From NCBI RefSeq assembly GCF_036971445.1, contig NC_091469.1, positions 234,298,001-234,362,000 of the forward strand: DNA of 64,000 nt, written 5' to 3'. Shown one piece after another: positions 25,440 through 40,063 of the stretch. Every line of letters begins with the position of its first letter. The first letter of the stretch is position 1. The DNA comes from Narcine bancroftii (taxonomy: Eukaryota). A program made the position numbers and the translations under genes. A model generated the notes under the pieces. It did not search any database and had not been told where the DNA came from. It saw only the letters and a program-made list of their open reading frames with translations.

Positions 25440-26295
25440 TGCAAGAAAGATGGCCTTCTCCCTTTGCCATGACCGGTCTCCTCATTTTACGCACTTCCAT
25501 TCCAACATCACCTCCCCACATGAATGGAATTCCCATGGTTCTCACTTTCCACCCCACCAGTCTGCATATGACACATCATTCTCTGACACCTCTGCCAATT
25601 TTAACATCTGGACACATCTTTTCCCCTTCTCACCCCTATGCACTTTTTCCACAGGGATCATTCTCTTTCTCACTCCCTGGTCTGCTCTTTCCATCCCCTA
25701 AGGCACTTCCTACTGTAACTGCAGAAGGTGCAAAACCTGTCTCAACATCCTCCCTGCTTACCTCCATCAAGGGCCACAAACAGACCTTCAGGTGAAGTAG
25801 AGCTTTAATGTGCACCTTGCATTAGTTGCACTCAGTGAGACCTCTACATCAATGAGGCAAAACACAACAGGCAACCACTTTTCTGAACATCTGCACTCTG
25901 TTCATAGGTCAAAGCTAAAACTCCTGGTTGCCAGCCATTTTAATTCCCCTCACCACTCCCATGCAGACATGCCTGGTCCTCTGCCTCATCAATTGCCAGG
26001 GTAAAACTAAACATAAACTTGAGGAACAACACATCATCCTCTTCCTGGACAACCTTAAACCAAATGGAACGAACACAATTTTCCAATTTTAGATAATCCC
26101 ATCCTGTATCCAGTTCCATCTTTTCTATCCCTTCTTACCTACTCCCATTCTCAGTTTTCTCTCTAACCTCCTCTCCTTCCCAACCCCCACCCAATCAATG
26201 GGCTCTCCACCTATCCCACTTTCACTTCAACTCTTGGCTCTTCCCCTCCCTCCTCTATACTCAATATCTCCCCATACCACTTTATTCTTGATAAC
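25440..26295 (+). mobile_element. Penelope-like element remnant
   Basis: PMVLTFHPTS, KQTFRVK, CTCTACATCAATGAG (LYI.E) and HFSEHLHSV...VASHFNS motifs, then a pyrimidine-rich tail. Confidence 0.7.
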
Positions 26296-28463
26296 ATTTA
26301 ACTCCATAGTTTGTTTTTGAAATAAAGAAAGAACCTGCAGAAATTGATTGAATATTTATGATAGATTCTCAGAAGTCATTTCCCTTTTTGGCAAAAGCAT
26401 GGGTGGCTTTTAACTGAATAAAACGAATTATACAGTAATTAAATTATCCAGAAATCTATCCACCTTACATTAATCCACTTCAAAATATTCTGGATCTGTA
26501 CCAAATTCAAATGATAACAACAGTTGGAATGAAGCCAGAGTACAAGTAACAAAATAATACTGTGCAACACAGTACAGCCTCTTTGGCTCATGATGTTGTC
26601 CTGGCCCATATAAACTTATTTCACCTAATCCTTCCCTACCCCATACCCATAATCCTCTATTTTTCTTAGATTCATGTAGCTATTTCAGTCTTTTGAGTGT
26701 CCCTTTGTACAAGCCTCCACCTTCACTCCTAGCAATGCATTCCAGGCATCTTCCTTTCTGTGTAAAAGGAACACTTCAGACATCTTCCCTAAACTTTCCT
26801 CCATGCACCTTAAACAGTTGTCCTCTGGTATTGACTATTATTACCCCAGGAAAATGGTGCTGGTTATTCCTCTCAATCTTATATACCTCAACTAAGTCAC
26901 TTCTCTTTGGAGGAATTAATGATGAGAGAAGCCCTAGCTCTGTCAACCTTGCTTCACAAGGCAGGTTCTCCAATTGAGGTAACATCCTGGTAAATCCCCT
27001 CTATAGCCATTTGAAAGCTTCTCAATCCTTCTTTCAATGAGGCAACCAGACCCAAAAGCAATATTCCTAAGTGGGGTCTAACCAGAGTTTTATAGTGCTG
27101 CAACATTACCTCATAGCTCGAGTTCAATCCCCCGACTAATGAAGGCCGGCAACACCATACACCTTAACTGGCCTATCAATCTACTTAACAAACTTCAGGG
27201 ATTGATGCACCTTGATTCCAAGATTCTTCTGTTCCTCCACACTGAAGAATCCTGCCATTATCCACACAGCCTTTGTTGAACCTTCCAAAGCGCATCATTT
27301 CACACTTATCCAGATTAAGCTCCATCTGTCACTTCTCCACCTAACTCTGCATCTTGTCATTATCCTTTGACAACCTTCTATACTATAACCACAACACCTC
27401 TAACCTTTGTATTATCTGCAAGCTTACTGACATACCTCTCCACTTGTTTGTCCAAGATATTTCTAAAAATCAAAAAGAACAGGGGTCCCAGAACAGATCC
27501 CTGACCTCCAGTCTGAATATATTACATCTACTAATACCTTCTGCAGGGCAAGCCAACTCTGAATCCAAGCAGCCAGGGTTCCTTGGATCCTACGCTTACA
27601 ACATTCTGAATGAGCAGACCATGGAGGATCTTGTCAAACATCTTACTAAAATCCATATCATATCCACCATCTTAAAATTAACCAACAGTTTATTTCATCA
27701 CCCTCTCAAAAAAACTCATTTAGGTTTGTGAGACACCATCTGCCTCTCAAAGAAAATCCACACTGACTATCCTTGAGCGCAAATGCTCGTAAATCCTATC
27801 CAATAGTTTGCCTACCACTGACAAGACTCAATGATGTACAATTCCCAGGATTCTCTCTCTTGCCTTTCTTAAACAAAGGGCTTACATTTGACATTTTCCA
27901 ATCCTGTAGTATCTCTCCTGCAACTCGGGAGGATGCAAAGATCATTGCCAATGCCCCCAACAATCTCTTCCTTCAATTCCTGTAGTCACCTGGGCTATAA
28001 TCATATCTGGTTCTGAAGACTTATCTATCTGAATATTTTAAGAAGATCCCACACTCATTTTTCTTAACCTTGACACATTCCAGCACATTAACCTGTTCTA
28101 CACTGACCTCACATTCACCAAAGTACACCTCCCTGGTGAATGGTGAAGTAAAGCATTCATTTAGGACTTCCTCTGCCTTAATATGTTCCCCATTTTATCC
28201 CAAATCGGCCCTACCCTCACTCTAGCCAACCTTCTGTTCTTCAGATGTGTAACACTTTAGGGATTTCCTTAATCCTACTTGCCAAGATCTCTAGCTTTCT
28301 TGTCCTTTAAATTCCTTCCTGGCTACTGTGTAATTCTCAGGAACCCTTCCTTACTTCTGCTTCCAAACCTGATGTGTGCTTCCTTCTTTCTCATGACCAG
28401 CTGTGCCACTTTTTTTGTTAAACATGGCTCCTTCACCCTACTTCTTTTTACTCATGTCAGTAG

Positions 28464-29077
28464 CCACAGGTGAGCAGTTACCCTACTTTGTCCCGGTGAA
28501 ATTCTTGGGAATTCAGGACCTCCCAGGCCTTTCACACCATCGTCCAAATTCCCAGGAATTTGGCCTCCATGGCAATTTAGTGAGGGTCCTGTCCCCAACC
28601 AATAACGCCTTACTCACTCACAGGAGTAAGTTTAAGTTCACTCCTGTCCGACGGTTGCTTGCCAACTACTCCCCAACATTTTGGCACGCCACGACGGCAG
28701 CACCACTTTGGATGAATGGCCCATAATCCCTCATGCAGCTGGACTTGCTCTGGGAAATCCAGCTGTGCAAGGGATTATGGTTAATGAGGACGGCCATTCC
28801 AACATGCTGAAGCGGCCCGCTGTTTCAGGAGGTAAGTATCTTTTAATTTTAATTGCCTATGTGATCCAGCATGCAAGCACTGATGTCACAAGGCTTCCCC
28901 TGCTTGGCCATTTGGCTCTTCACATTGCATGGAGAGGGTGGTCCAGGAAAATTTCCCAGGGCTGTGGACCCTTTTAAAATTCTCAGGCCAACCATTTCAC
29001 ACCACAGGTTCACGAGAGGGTTCCTGGGAAAATTTCCCCAAGAATCTTCATTTTACACTGCAGTGTGAAAAGGCCTA
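28464..29077. mobile_element. Non-autonomous DNA element (PIF/Harbinger-like end) inside CR1
   Basis: Right end AGTGTGAAAAGGCCT pairs with AGGCCTTTCACAC at 28525. Internal TTCCCAGG/CCTGGGAA repeats. AGTAG is repeated at both junctions. Confidence 0.5.
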
Positions 29078-30223
29078 GTAGGACAAACTGATCCAGGACA
29101 CTGCACAAGTGGTCCCTAAACATTCTTCACGTTTTCCTGAGAACATCTGTTCCCAGTTTATTCTCAAAAGTTTCTACCTGCTCCCATTGCAATTAGTCCT
29201 TCCCCAATTAAACACTTTCCCATTTTGTCTACTCCTATCCTTGTTCATACATAAAGGTCACCAGGTGGTGGTCATCAACACTAAAATCCTCTCCTACAAA
29301 GAGGTCTCTTGTCTGAACAGATTCATTATTCAGTATCCGAAAATCTTATCGACTAAAAGAGTGATGCCACTTTCAGGGAATTATGTATCTGCTTGAACAG
29401 ATCTTTCTGTGCACTCCTCAGGGCCCTACCATTTACAGTACTGTCCTACTTTGGTGTTTCCATCCAAAATACAACATTTGTTTCCATTAAATTCCATGTT
29501 CCATTTTGCAGCCCTGTTTTCCAACTGGTCCAGATCCCTCTGCAAACTTTGAAAGCCTTCCTCACTGACCAGCACACCTCCAATCTTTGTGTCATTTGCA
29601 AACTTGCTGATTCAATTTACATTATTATCATCAAGATCATTGATATACATGACTACCCACAATGGCCTTAACTGATCTCCAAGGCACACCACTGGTCACA
29701 GGCCTCCAGTCTGAGAGACAAACATCTACTCCCATGATCTAGCTTCTCCCGTAAAATCAATGACGAATCTAGTTTACTAGCTTACCATGAATACTGAGCT
29801 TACCATGAACATTCCCGATTACCTCCCACATAGGACCTTGTCAAAGGCCTTACTAAATCCATATAGACAATACCCACAGCCTTTCTTTCATCAACTTTCC
29901 TGATAACCTCCTCAGAAAAATTCTGCAAGATTGGTTAAACACAACCTACCACGCACAATGCCACATTGACCATACTGAATCAGACCTTGACTATTCAAAT
30001 ACTTGTACATCCGATCTCTTAGAACACTTTCTAATAACTTGTTGACATCAGACTCACCAGCTGATCATTTCCTGGGTTATTTTTGGAGCCTTTTTATACA
30101 ATACAATAACATGAACAACCCTTCAATCTTCAGATACCTTACCCATGGCTAAGAGCATTTTAAATACATCTGCCAGGGTCCCTGTAATTTTTGCACTAGC
30201 CTTCCTCAAAGGGACCCTACCTT

Positions 30224-33200
30224 TAAAGCTAGACTACTATCAGATCATTCACCTCTGTTATTAGCAATAGAACTGGAAGACATCCCACCAAGAACATATA
30301 GATGGAGATTAAACTCTACTTAAAAGGCAGGAATTTAGAGAGTTTATTGAAGGCCAAATTAAAACACATTTTGAAATAAACAAAGAAACAGTGAAAGACA
30401 AATTTATATTATGGGATGCAATGAAAGCCTTCATTAGAGGACAGATAATAAGTTATGTAACTAAGATGAAAAAAGATTACAATCGGGAAATAGAGCAGTT
30501 GGAAAGGGAGATAGTAAGTTCAGAAAAGGAATTAGTAAAATGGGATGATATCATGAAAAGGAGAGAATTGGCAGTCAAAAAAATAAAATACGAAACATTA
30601 CAAACGTATAAGGTGGAGAAGAACATAATGAAAACAAAGCAAAAATATTACGAACTGGGAGAAAAAAAACATAAAATATTAGCTTGGCAACTTAAAACAG
30701 AACAAGCTAAAAGAACTGCATTGGCATCAAGGAAAAAAGGACAAACAAATTACATATAACCCAACAGAGATTAATGAAAACTTTAAGGAATTTTATGAAC
30801 AATTATACCAAACTGAAAACGAGGGGAAAGATGATAAAATAGAGGAATTTTTAGCTAAAATTGAACTGCCGAAATTGCAAGGAGGAACAAAACAAACGAA
30901 TAAAACCATTTGAAACAGAGGAAGTACATGATATATTAAAAAAGCTGCCGAACAATAAAACACCAGGAGAGGATGGATTTCCAATAGAATTTTATAAAAC
31001 ATTTAAAGAGATATTAATTTCTCCTCTCCTGGAAGTAAATGAACCAGATAGAAGAAACACAAAACATGCCAGATTCATGTAAAACAGCAATAATTACAGT
31101 AATACCAAAGATGGGGAAGGATCCATTAATACCTGCATCATATAGACCAATATCTCTACTTAACTCAGATTATAAAATAATAGCAAAATTATTAGCAAAC
31201 AGATTGGCCGATTGTGTATCAAAAATAGTAAAACAAGATCAAACTGGATTTATAAAAAAAGACAAACAGCGGATAATGTCTGTAAACTTATTAATCTAAT
31301 TCATGCAGTTCAAGGAAATAAGAAACCAACAGTGGCTGTTGCTTTAGTCGCAGAAAAAGCCTTTGACAGAGTAGAGTGGAACTACTTATTTAAAGTATTA
31401 CAGAAGTTCAATCTACCAGAAAAATATATAAATTGGATTAAAGCATTGCATAATGGACCGTTATAATAAATGGATATGTATCAAATCAATTTAAATTAAG
31501 TAGGTCAACTAGACAGGGATGTCCATTAGTCGCCTTAGCAATAGAACCATTGGCAGAACTGATAAGAATAGAAAATAAAATAAAAGGGATAAAAATAAAG
31601 GAGAAGGAGTATAAAATCAGCTTATTTGCAGATGACATCATAGTATACCTAACAGAACCAGAGATATCAATAAAAGAATTATATAAGAAATTGAAGGAAT
31701 ATGGAGAAATATCGGGGTACAAGATCCACACAAATAAAAGTGAAGTGATGCCAATGTGTAATGCAGATTATAAAGAATTTTAAAAAGAATCACCATTTAA
31801 ATGGCAAGCACAAGCAATCCGATACCTAGGTATCAGGATAGATAATAACTTAAACCACCTGTACAAACTAAATTATCAGCCACTAATAAAGAAATTGCAG
31901 GGAGACTTAGAACATTGGAAAGAATTACCGCTGACGTTGATAGGGAAGGTAAACTGCATTAAAATGAACATGTTCCCAAGGACACAATACTTATTTCAAA
32001 AGTCACAAATTCCCTTAACAGAATTTTTTTTTAATGAACTAAAGGGAATAATAAGGAAATTCTTGTGGAAAGGGAGGAAACCAAGGGTAGCGTTAGATAA
32101 ATTAACAGAGAGGTATAACCAAGGTGGTTTGAAGTTACCAAACTTTAGAAATTATTATAGAGCCGCACAATTAAGGTATTTATCAGATTTTTACCAGACA
32201 AGGGAAAAACCAGACTGGACTAAGATAGAACTAGATAAAATAGGGGAGAAGGTACTGGAACATATACTTTATAAGTGGGATGAAAAGTTGGTGCAATACA
32301 AAAGCTCACCATTTACTTAATACATGGAAGATCCACTCAGAAAGGAAAAAACCCTATTACCAAATATCAAAATTATTAATGACGCAAAATCCACTAATCC
32401 CTTTTACAATAGATAACCTTTCCTTTAGAGAATGGGAGAGAAAAGGAATGAAAAGAATAGAAAATTGTTTTTTGGAAAATAATTTGAACAGTTGAAGTAC
32501 AAATATGGAATAACTCATGGTACAATGTTTGCATATCATCAATTGAAAGCTTATTTAAAGGATAAATTGGGAAACAGATTGAGATTACCTGAAGGAAGCA
32601 GCTTTGAATATGTGATTACAGATACAATGATAATTTTAAAAATTGTAACGAACATGTATATTAAGCTGCAAGATAAGGAAAATTATCATATAAACTATAA
32701 ACCTAAACAGAAATGGGAAAAGGATTTAAACAAAGATAAAAAATGAAGTATGGGAAAAGTTATGTTCTGGAACTATGAAGAATATTTTCGCTGTAAGAAG
32801 GAAACAGGAACAACAGTACATGCAATTTGGGCATGTGAGAAAGTGGAAAAGTTTTGCAAAGATCTAAACCAGGTATTAAATAAAATCACAAAAAGCAACA
32901 TATAAAAAAATTCCAGGAGATCTTTCTTCTAAGTAATATAAGAAGAACTTGGACTTGATTTGGATGGAGCACAAAAAAAGATTTATTATGATAGCCTTAG
33001 CTGTAGCAAAAAAATGTATTATGTCAACCTGGAAATTAGAAGATAGCCTGAGAATACAGCAATGGTACATAGAAATGAATAAATGTATTCCATTGGAAAA
33101 AATAACATATAATTTAAGAAATAACATCACAGTATTCGAACAAATTTGGGAACCGTACATGGAACACAATAGAGAAGTCCTACCGCGGACCTCCACCGCC

Positions 33201-34279
33201 TAAAATGACAGAAGGAGAAAACGACGAAATGAACTGACCCAGTATGTAAAAGTAGAAGACACAAATGTCTTGTTTATTTTAATTGTATGACGACATTGTT
33301 TAATGGGTTTAATGTATCATATATGTTGAACGTTGAGTGAGTGGGGGGGGGGGGGTTGAAGGAGAGAGGGAAGGGAGGGGGGAAAAAGGGGATAAAATGA
33401 CACTGTATATTTAAGAGGGAAATGTTTGTGTGTATTTTGGTCAGTATGGTGCATAGTGTGAAAAATAAAATTTAAAAAAAATACAATAAACACAAGGTTA
33501 TGCATGATACAGTATAATTGATCACTCCTCAAAAATTAAAAGAATGGGATTCAACATTATTGGATAGATGTTTTCGCTGTAAGAAGGAAATGGGAACAAC
33601 AGTATATGCAATTTGGGCATGTACAAAAGTGAATACGTTTTGGGAAGAACTAAATCAGATATTAAATAAAATTACAAAAAATAACATACCAAAAAATCCA
33701 GAGATCTTTCTTTTAAGTAACACAAGAAATAAAGAATTAGGCCTCAAATTGGATAAAGCGCAAAAAAAATTCATTATGATAGCCTCAACAGTAGCAAAAA
33801 AATGTATAATGTCAACTTGGAAAATGGAAGAGAACATAAGAATACAGCAATGGTACATGGAAATGAATAAATGTATTCCATTGGAAAAAATAACATACAA
33901 TTTAAAAAATAAAGTCACATTGTTTGAACAAATTTGGGAACCATATTGGAACAAAACAGAGAGAGCTTGCCTAGGACCTCCATCATCTAAAATGAAAATG
34001 ATAAGAAGACAAAACGACTAGATTCAGTGTATAACAAATAGATGACGCATTTTCCTTGTTTATTTTCCTTTGTGTGAAGATATTGTTCTATGGTTTTATT
34101 GTATTGTATATGTTGAATATTTATGGGTTTTGGAGGGGGTGGGAAGAGGGGAGGAAGGGAAAGGGGGAAAAAAAGGGAGAAAATGCCACTGTGTAAATTT
34201 AATGAGAAACGTTTGTACATATTTTGGTTGATAAGGTTCACAGTGTGAAAAATAAAAAATTATTAAAGAAAATTTTAAA
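30224..34279 (+). mobile_element. 5'-truncated L1-clade LINE with two tandem 3' ends
   Basis: Endonuclease end SDHSP, KTPGEDGF, SYRPISLLNSDYKI, AEKAFDRVEW, ISLFADD, and zinc-finger CFRC...AIWAC. Frameshifted. Near-identical TSD AAAGGGACCCTACCTT (30208-30223) / AAGGGGACCCTATCTT (34281-34296). Confidence 0.92.
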
Positions 34280-35745
34280 AAAGGGGACCCTATCTTATTG
34301 GGCCCTAGAGAATTGGTATACCGATCATTGGAGCCAAAGTCCTCCCTTATACATATCTATCCTGTCTTCTTCTCTAATCAGAGAACTAGTATTGCACCCT
34401 CTCCAATGGGTATCTCAATATATTGATTTAGAAAACTTTCCTTCACACATTTGACAAACTCCAAGTCATCCAGCCCTTTTACAGTATGGGAGACCTAGTC
34501 TATATGTGGAAAGTTAAAATTACGTTTGATCTCAACTTTGTTCTTTATACACTTTAAGACAGCAAGTACCTCCTCCTTTTTAATCTGTATAGGCTCCATG
34601 ACCTTACTGTGTTTGCCCCATTTCCCAAAACTCTATGCCACTTTCCTGATAAATAGATACAAAAAAATCCTACTTAAGATTTCCCCCATCTCTTCTGGCT
34701 TCATACATAGCCAACCACTCTGATATTCAAGATGACCAATTTTGTCCCTTCCCATTCACGTTATCAGCCCAAGTAACCTCATGTCTTCTTTTAGCCTTCC
34801 TGATTGTCCCTATTTTTTTTACCTGCATTTTTATACTCCTCAAATACCTAATTTGCTCTTTATTGCCTAGACCTGCTATACACCACATTTTCTTAACTAG
34901 ATCCCCAATATCCCTCGAAAACCAAGATTCCTTACACTTGTTAACTTTGCCTTTAATCCTGACCTGAACACAAAATCACTTTGCTTTCCATCCAGCCCTT
35001 TTACAGTACAGGAGTCCTAGTCTATATGTGGAAAGTTAAAATTACCTTTGATCACAACTTGGTTTCCTGGAGCTGTCTGCTATAGCTACAGTTTTGATCC
35101 TCCAATTTTCGCTGACTATTCAGTCGTCTATAATACAACCCCATTAATGTGGTCATACCTTTCCTGCTCCTCAGCTCCACCCATATAGCCTCAGTAGACG
35201 AGAACATAAATGTAGTCCACATTGATTTTCAAAGGTAGTTGTTGGCCTCTTAATTTTTTTTTGAGCCTGCAAACCAAGAGTGGCTAAGTCACATCAGAGG
35301 ACATTAAGCATCAATTATGTTGTGTTGATGATGAGATCCATCAGCTGACCAACCTTGCTCAAGTGACCATTGGACAGTAAGGTTGATCAATAATTTATGA
35401 TAGATGGCCCAGTTTTCCAAAATAATACAGGATATTTATTTGTTTACAGTCTGCAGAAATATGATGAAGATAAGATGAGGTTTGAAGTTTATGTAATGTC
35501 ACAGCTGGAAATGAAAGATTTCTTCCTTGGAAAGTACATATGCAATTACAAATTGCAAATTTTCTTCCAATAATCTACCATATATTTTAAACAACATCCT
35601 GGCAATACAACTCCAATATTTGTTATTTTACTCCCAAATTGTTTACATGTATTCATCTGAATAACTGCACCTAGTTTCATTTTTTGCCAAGAACTATGTT
35701 TGTAGCTATACCATAAGTTTTTCTTAAATTATGGATGCTCTCTCA

Positions 35746-36000
<255 letters not shown>

Positions 36001-38444
36001 TCAGTTTTTAAATTAATGCATTGTGAATAGGTGAACCAACATGGAGACCAGGTGTAGATATGGACAGTACTTTTCAGTGTATAAATTGGGTTTTTTAATA
36101 TATGCCAGGATTGCCCAAGGAAGGTAAAACAAAACAAAATTTAAAAAAAATTTTGAACAAGGTTACTTAACCTAAAATGCTGCTAAAATAAAATCCTTAA
36201 AAAAATACAATAAGGAAGACGAAAAGAATTTTAAGGTGAATAAGAAGTGTAATTAGCCAAAGGTTCCAGATCATCTTGCTGGATCTGCAGGTAATCTTCT
36301 ATTACCTTACTACTACAAAGGCAGTGCTTTATGTCTCCACAGTGCACTTTCAATATAGAATGAATCCGAGTTGATGATGAATAACCCTTATTGTATTCGC
36401 ATGCTCGCTTATGACAAAAGAAGGTTCCATTGGGCTCATGGAGTCTATGTCAAGTTTATTGTCATCTGATTGAAACAGTGTACTCCAGTCCTTGGTGCAA
36501 AAACATGCACACAACCAGACAAACAATACATATGCAGGACAAGTATTATATCTATTGTTACAAGCCCACAGGACTCCAAAAACCAACAGCAACAGAAAGT
36601 CACAAAGACAATGGTTAATTAAATAAAAGTTGCTTTTAATTTTCTTCAGATATAATATCAATCTCTAACTTATCACTATTTACTTAACTTCACTATGCCC
36701 AAATGTAAATATGTGTTTGTGTATAATTAAAGTCCCACTCTGAAAAGTCGATTTTAAAACTTCAGCATCATTTTAGTCTTGCTTGAAAGTCTTAAATTCT
36801 CAGTTCAGAAATAATTATAAAGTGCTTTCAAACATTATATCTTCAGGCCTTTTTTTTTTTACTCACAATGTGGTTATTTTCTTCCACAATGAATTCACAA
36901 ACCCAGACAAGGGTTAAACAAATGTGGTTAATCCTCTTCCACATTTGAAGTCACAAACCAGATGAGAGTTAAACGAAGTGGCTTAAGCACAAAAATAGGC
37001 AGTAGAATTCTGCCCTCTTTTCCACAGCAGAGTGGTCTTCATTAATTCAAAAGCCACGACTCTGTGTTCCCCTTCTTCGAGGTGTAACACAACAAACTGC
37101 ATCAATTCTGGTTACTGTAACTCAATCCTATCTTTCATAAGGTTTCAACCCTTGAAAGTCAGAGGTTTGACTTTTGTAAACTCCAAGTTGAACTGTTCTA
37201 AAACTGAACTTAAAATGTCTGAATTTGATAATATATTTCTCCAAGTCATGTGTAGTTACATGATGGATGAGGTCATCCTCAATTCTTGGAAACCACATGA
37301 CCATCAGTTTTATTTCTACCAAACCAAAATTATTTTCCTTTTTCAAAGCCATTCCATATCCATATCCATCTCTGAGCTCATCTCTATTCAAAAGACTTAA
37401 GTTAAAAGACAGATGGCTTCCTCAGCAGTTCTTGAATAATTAAGACCCACTTGAAATCCATTAGCTCTGTGTCCAAGACAGTTGACTCTGAGAATGAACA
37501 CTTTTCAGAAAACGATGGTTCTCTGTAAATGTGCTATGATCTGCATGTGACCTTGTACCAACCCACAGCCAACTTACTGAGAATACAGATACAATAGGTT
37601 AACTCTATAATTTGCTTTTCTAAGACATTTTTATAAAAGAAATACTAAACATAAATTTGTTACACTATAAAAATAAATAAATGTTGCTTTGAGTCTCGGA
37701 TGTTTAGTGAGAGCAGTTCCTTTGGTTATTCAGCATTCTCACTGCTCATGGGAAGAAGCTGTTCCCCATGTCAACATTCAGAGCAATTCATATTTCCACA
37801 CATTTCTCCATAACCCATCCTCTCACACATGCCCAGAAATTCCACCCTTATTCTTAAACTATCCACCATTTTACAATTGCAAATTGACACTCTGGAATGC
37901 GTAGGGATAACAAATGAAACTCGGTCACCTTCAGGAAACCCTCAGTCACATGGAAAATGTGAAATTCCTCACAGCTAGCACCTCAAGTATGCTGCAGCAA
38001 CAGTACATGCTCTGTATTACTACTGCACTGCCCCAAGTAAGGGGTGCATTTTATTCCTCTGTTCCTTAGCTTTGGGAAACTACGTCATGGTGCACTCAAA
38101 ATTTGCAAACGCCAAGCAATGAACACAATTTATCCCAAAAAAAAACCATTTTGCTGGAGGAACTCAGCATTTCAAGCAACATAAGTGGGAGAAAAAGAAT
38201 GGTTGGTCTTCATAATCTTATCATGGTCATAATCTAGTCCAATTCACTGGATTAAGTGGCACCATCAGGATTTGGCTGTGCTTTATCAGGAGAACAAGGT
38301 GTACCATTTGATTTATTTTTGTTCTAGCCAACACAATGGACAGAAACCCAAGATGGTTCACAGATAGCAAACATGCTTATGTTAACTACAGATTTGTAAT
38401 ACAGTATAGAGAACAGTCCACAGTGAAAATAAAGGGATATCGTG

Positions 38445-38640
38445 CTAACCATGATGTTAATGCCAGCGAACCAGATGGCACTGTCTGTAAGGAGTTTGTA
38501 CATTCTCCCCGTGGGTTTTCCCTGGGTGCTCTGGTTTCCTCCCACCCTCCAAAATGTACGTGGCTGTATGTTAATTTGGGCGTAACTGGACAGCACACAT
38601 GAAATGGCCAGAATTGGGTTCTACTGGTGCTGCAAATAAA
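38445..38640 (+). mobile_element. V-domain-type tRNA-derived SINE remnant
   Basis: Core GTGGGTTTTCCCTGGGTGCTCTGGTTTCCTCCCAC. Confidence 0.7.
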
Positions 38641-38654
38641 ACCATCAGCAACAT

Positions 38655-39020
38655 TTTAAACTGGTTTAGAGGGATAGACAAGAAAGAGGCAGGAAATTTG
38701 TTTCCTCAGGTAGATGAGACCAGAACTAGAGGACATTGGCTCAGGGGTGTAGATTTCGGACAGAGATGAAGATTTGCTTTTCTCCGACAGTAGTAAATGC
38801 GTGGAATTATTTCCCCAAGGCAATAAAAGAGGCTGCTTCATTTGGTATAGTTAAACACATTTAGGTTTTTGCATAGTAGGGGAATCAAGAGTTATTGGGG
38901 GGGGGGTGTAAGGCAGGTAGATGGTACGGAGACCACAACCAGGCCAGCCATAATCTTATTGAATGGTGGAGAAGGATTGATGGGCGACTGGGTTTATTCC
39001 TATTCCTATTTCTTATGCTT
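38655..39020 (+). mobile_element. CR1 3' end
   Basis: AGAACTAGAGGACAT (TRGH) motif and a 3' UTR ending CCTATTTCTTATG. Confidence 0.75.
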
Positions 39021-40063
39021 AATTTCTACACAGCAAAAAAACTAAGGGCAGATGTGTTCAGTCGAATTTTACTTAACTACCAGTTTATAAAATTGCATTA
39101 GTTTTGTTTGTAATTTTACTACCAATTTTTTGGTGAAAGAGGCTAACTTTCAGACTGTGGAAGATCCCATTTGTTGAGCATATGGAACACACATGCAGAA
39201 GGCTATTTAGCTCCTCACATCTGCTTTGCCAATCAATCGGACCACAGCTGACCTTTTGGCAGAGTACTGATTTTCCACAACAGCCCTACATCTTCCTGTT
39301 TCTTTAAATATCTGTATTGAATGTACTCACAGTCTCTTCAGGTAGAGATTCATATGAAGGAATTTTTATCTCTGCGCTGAATGGCTTGGCCTCCATTTTG
39401 AGACAGTGACAACTGATTTGAGATACCACAGCCAGACGAAACTGTCATTCCCTCAACTATTCTGTGAAATTTGCCATGTGTTCGCCTCTCCTGGTTGCTA
39501 AATTTTCAGATGGAAGGTAGATTACAAGGTAATTTCTGAAGGAAAAACAAAGAAGCGACAAAGATCTAGCAGAGGGAGAAGAAGCACATCATTGCCATTT
39601 CATGGATTTTTTTAAAAAAAAGGAATAATGTTAGATATGTGCATTCTAGCAAGAAAAATAAACAGTAGTATACTATCTCAAAGGTGAGAAATTTAACGCT
39701 CAAAAATGCAGAGGGGCTTGGCTGATTCACTAAAGGCGAGTGTCCAGGTGAACTAAGTCATTGGAAAAGACGATGTATTCTGGATTATTGTGATGGGATT
39801 TAAACATCATGATTCAGCTAAACTACACTTAGCACAGTATTACTTTCTTTATGCAAGGGTGGATTTTAATGCACTGGAAACAATTCAGGGAAGGTTTATT
39901 AGATTAATATCTGGAATGAACAGATTGTTTTTGGAGGAAAGGTTAAACAGGTTGAAGGGAGCTCGATAAAGTGGATGTCGAGAAGATGTCCAGTCTTTTG
40001 AGAAATTCTAATCCAGGAGTCATTGTTTAAAAAAAATGACTCAATTAAGATGGATGAGGATTT

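Larger units (their letters stand above)
26560..35205 (-). mobile_element. Minus-strand CR1 copies (about 26560-30223 and 34280-35205) split by an L1 and a MITE
   Basis: Reverse-complement RT motifs (FADDTK-like and AFDKV-like segments occur twice, implying at least two copies). CR1 sequence resumes after the L1 TSD. Confidence 0.75.
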
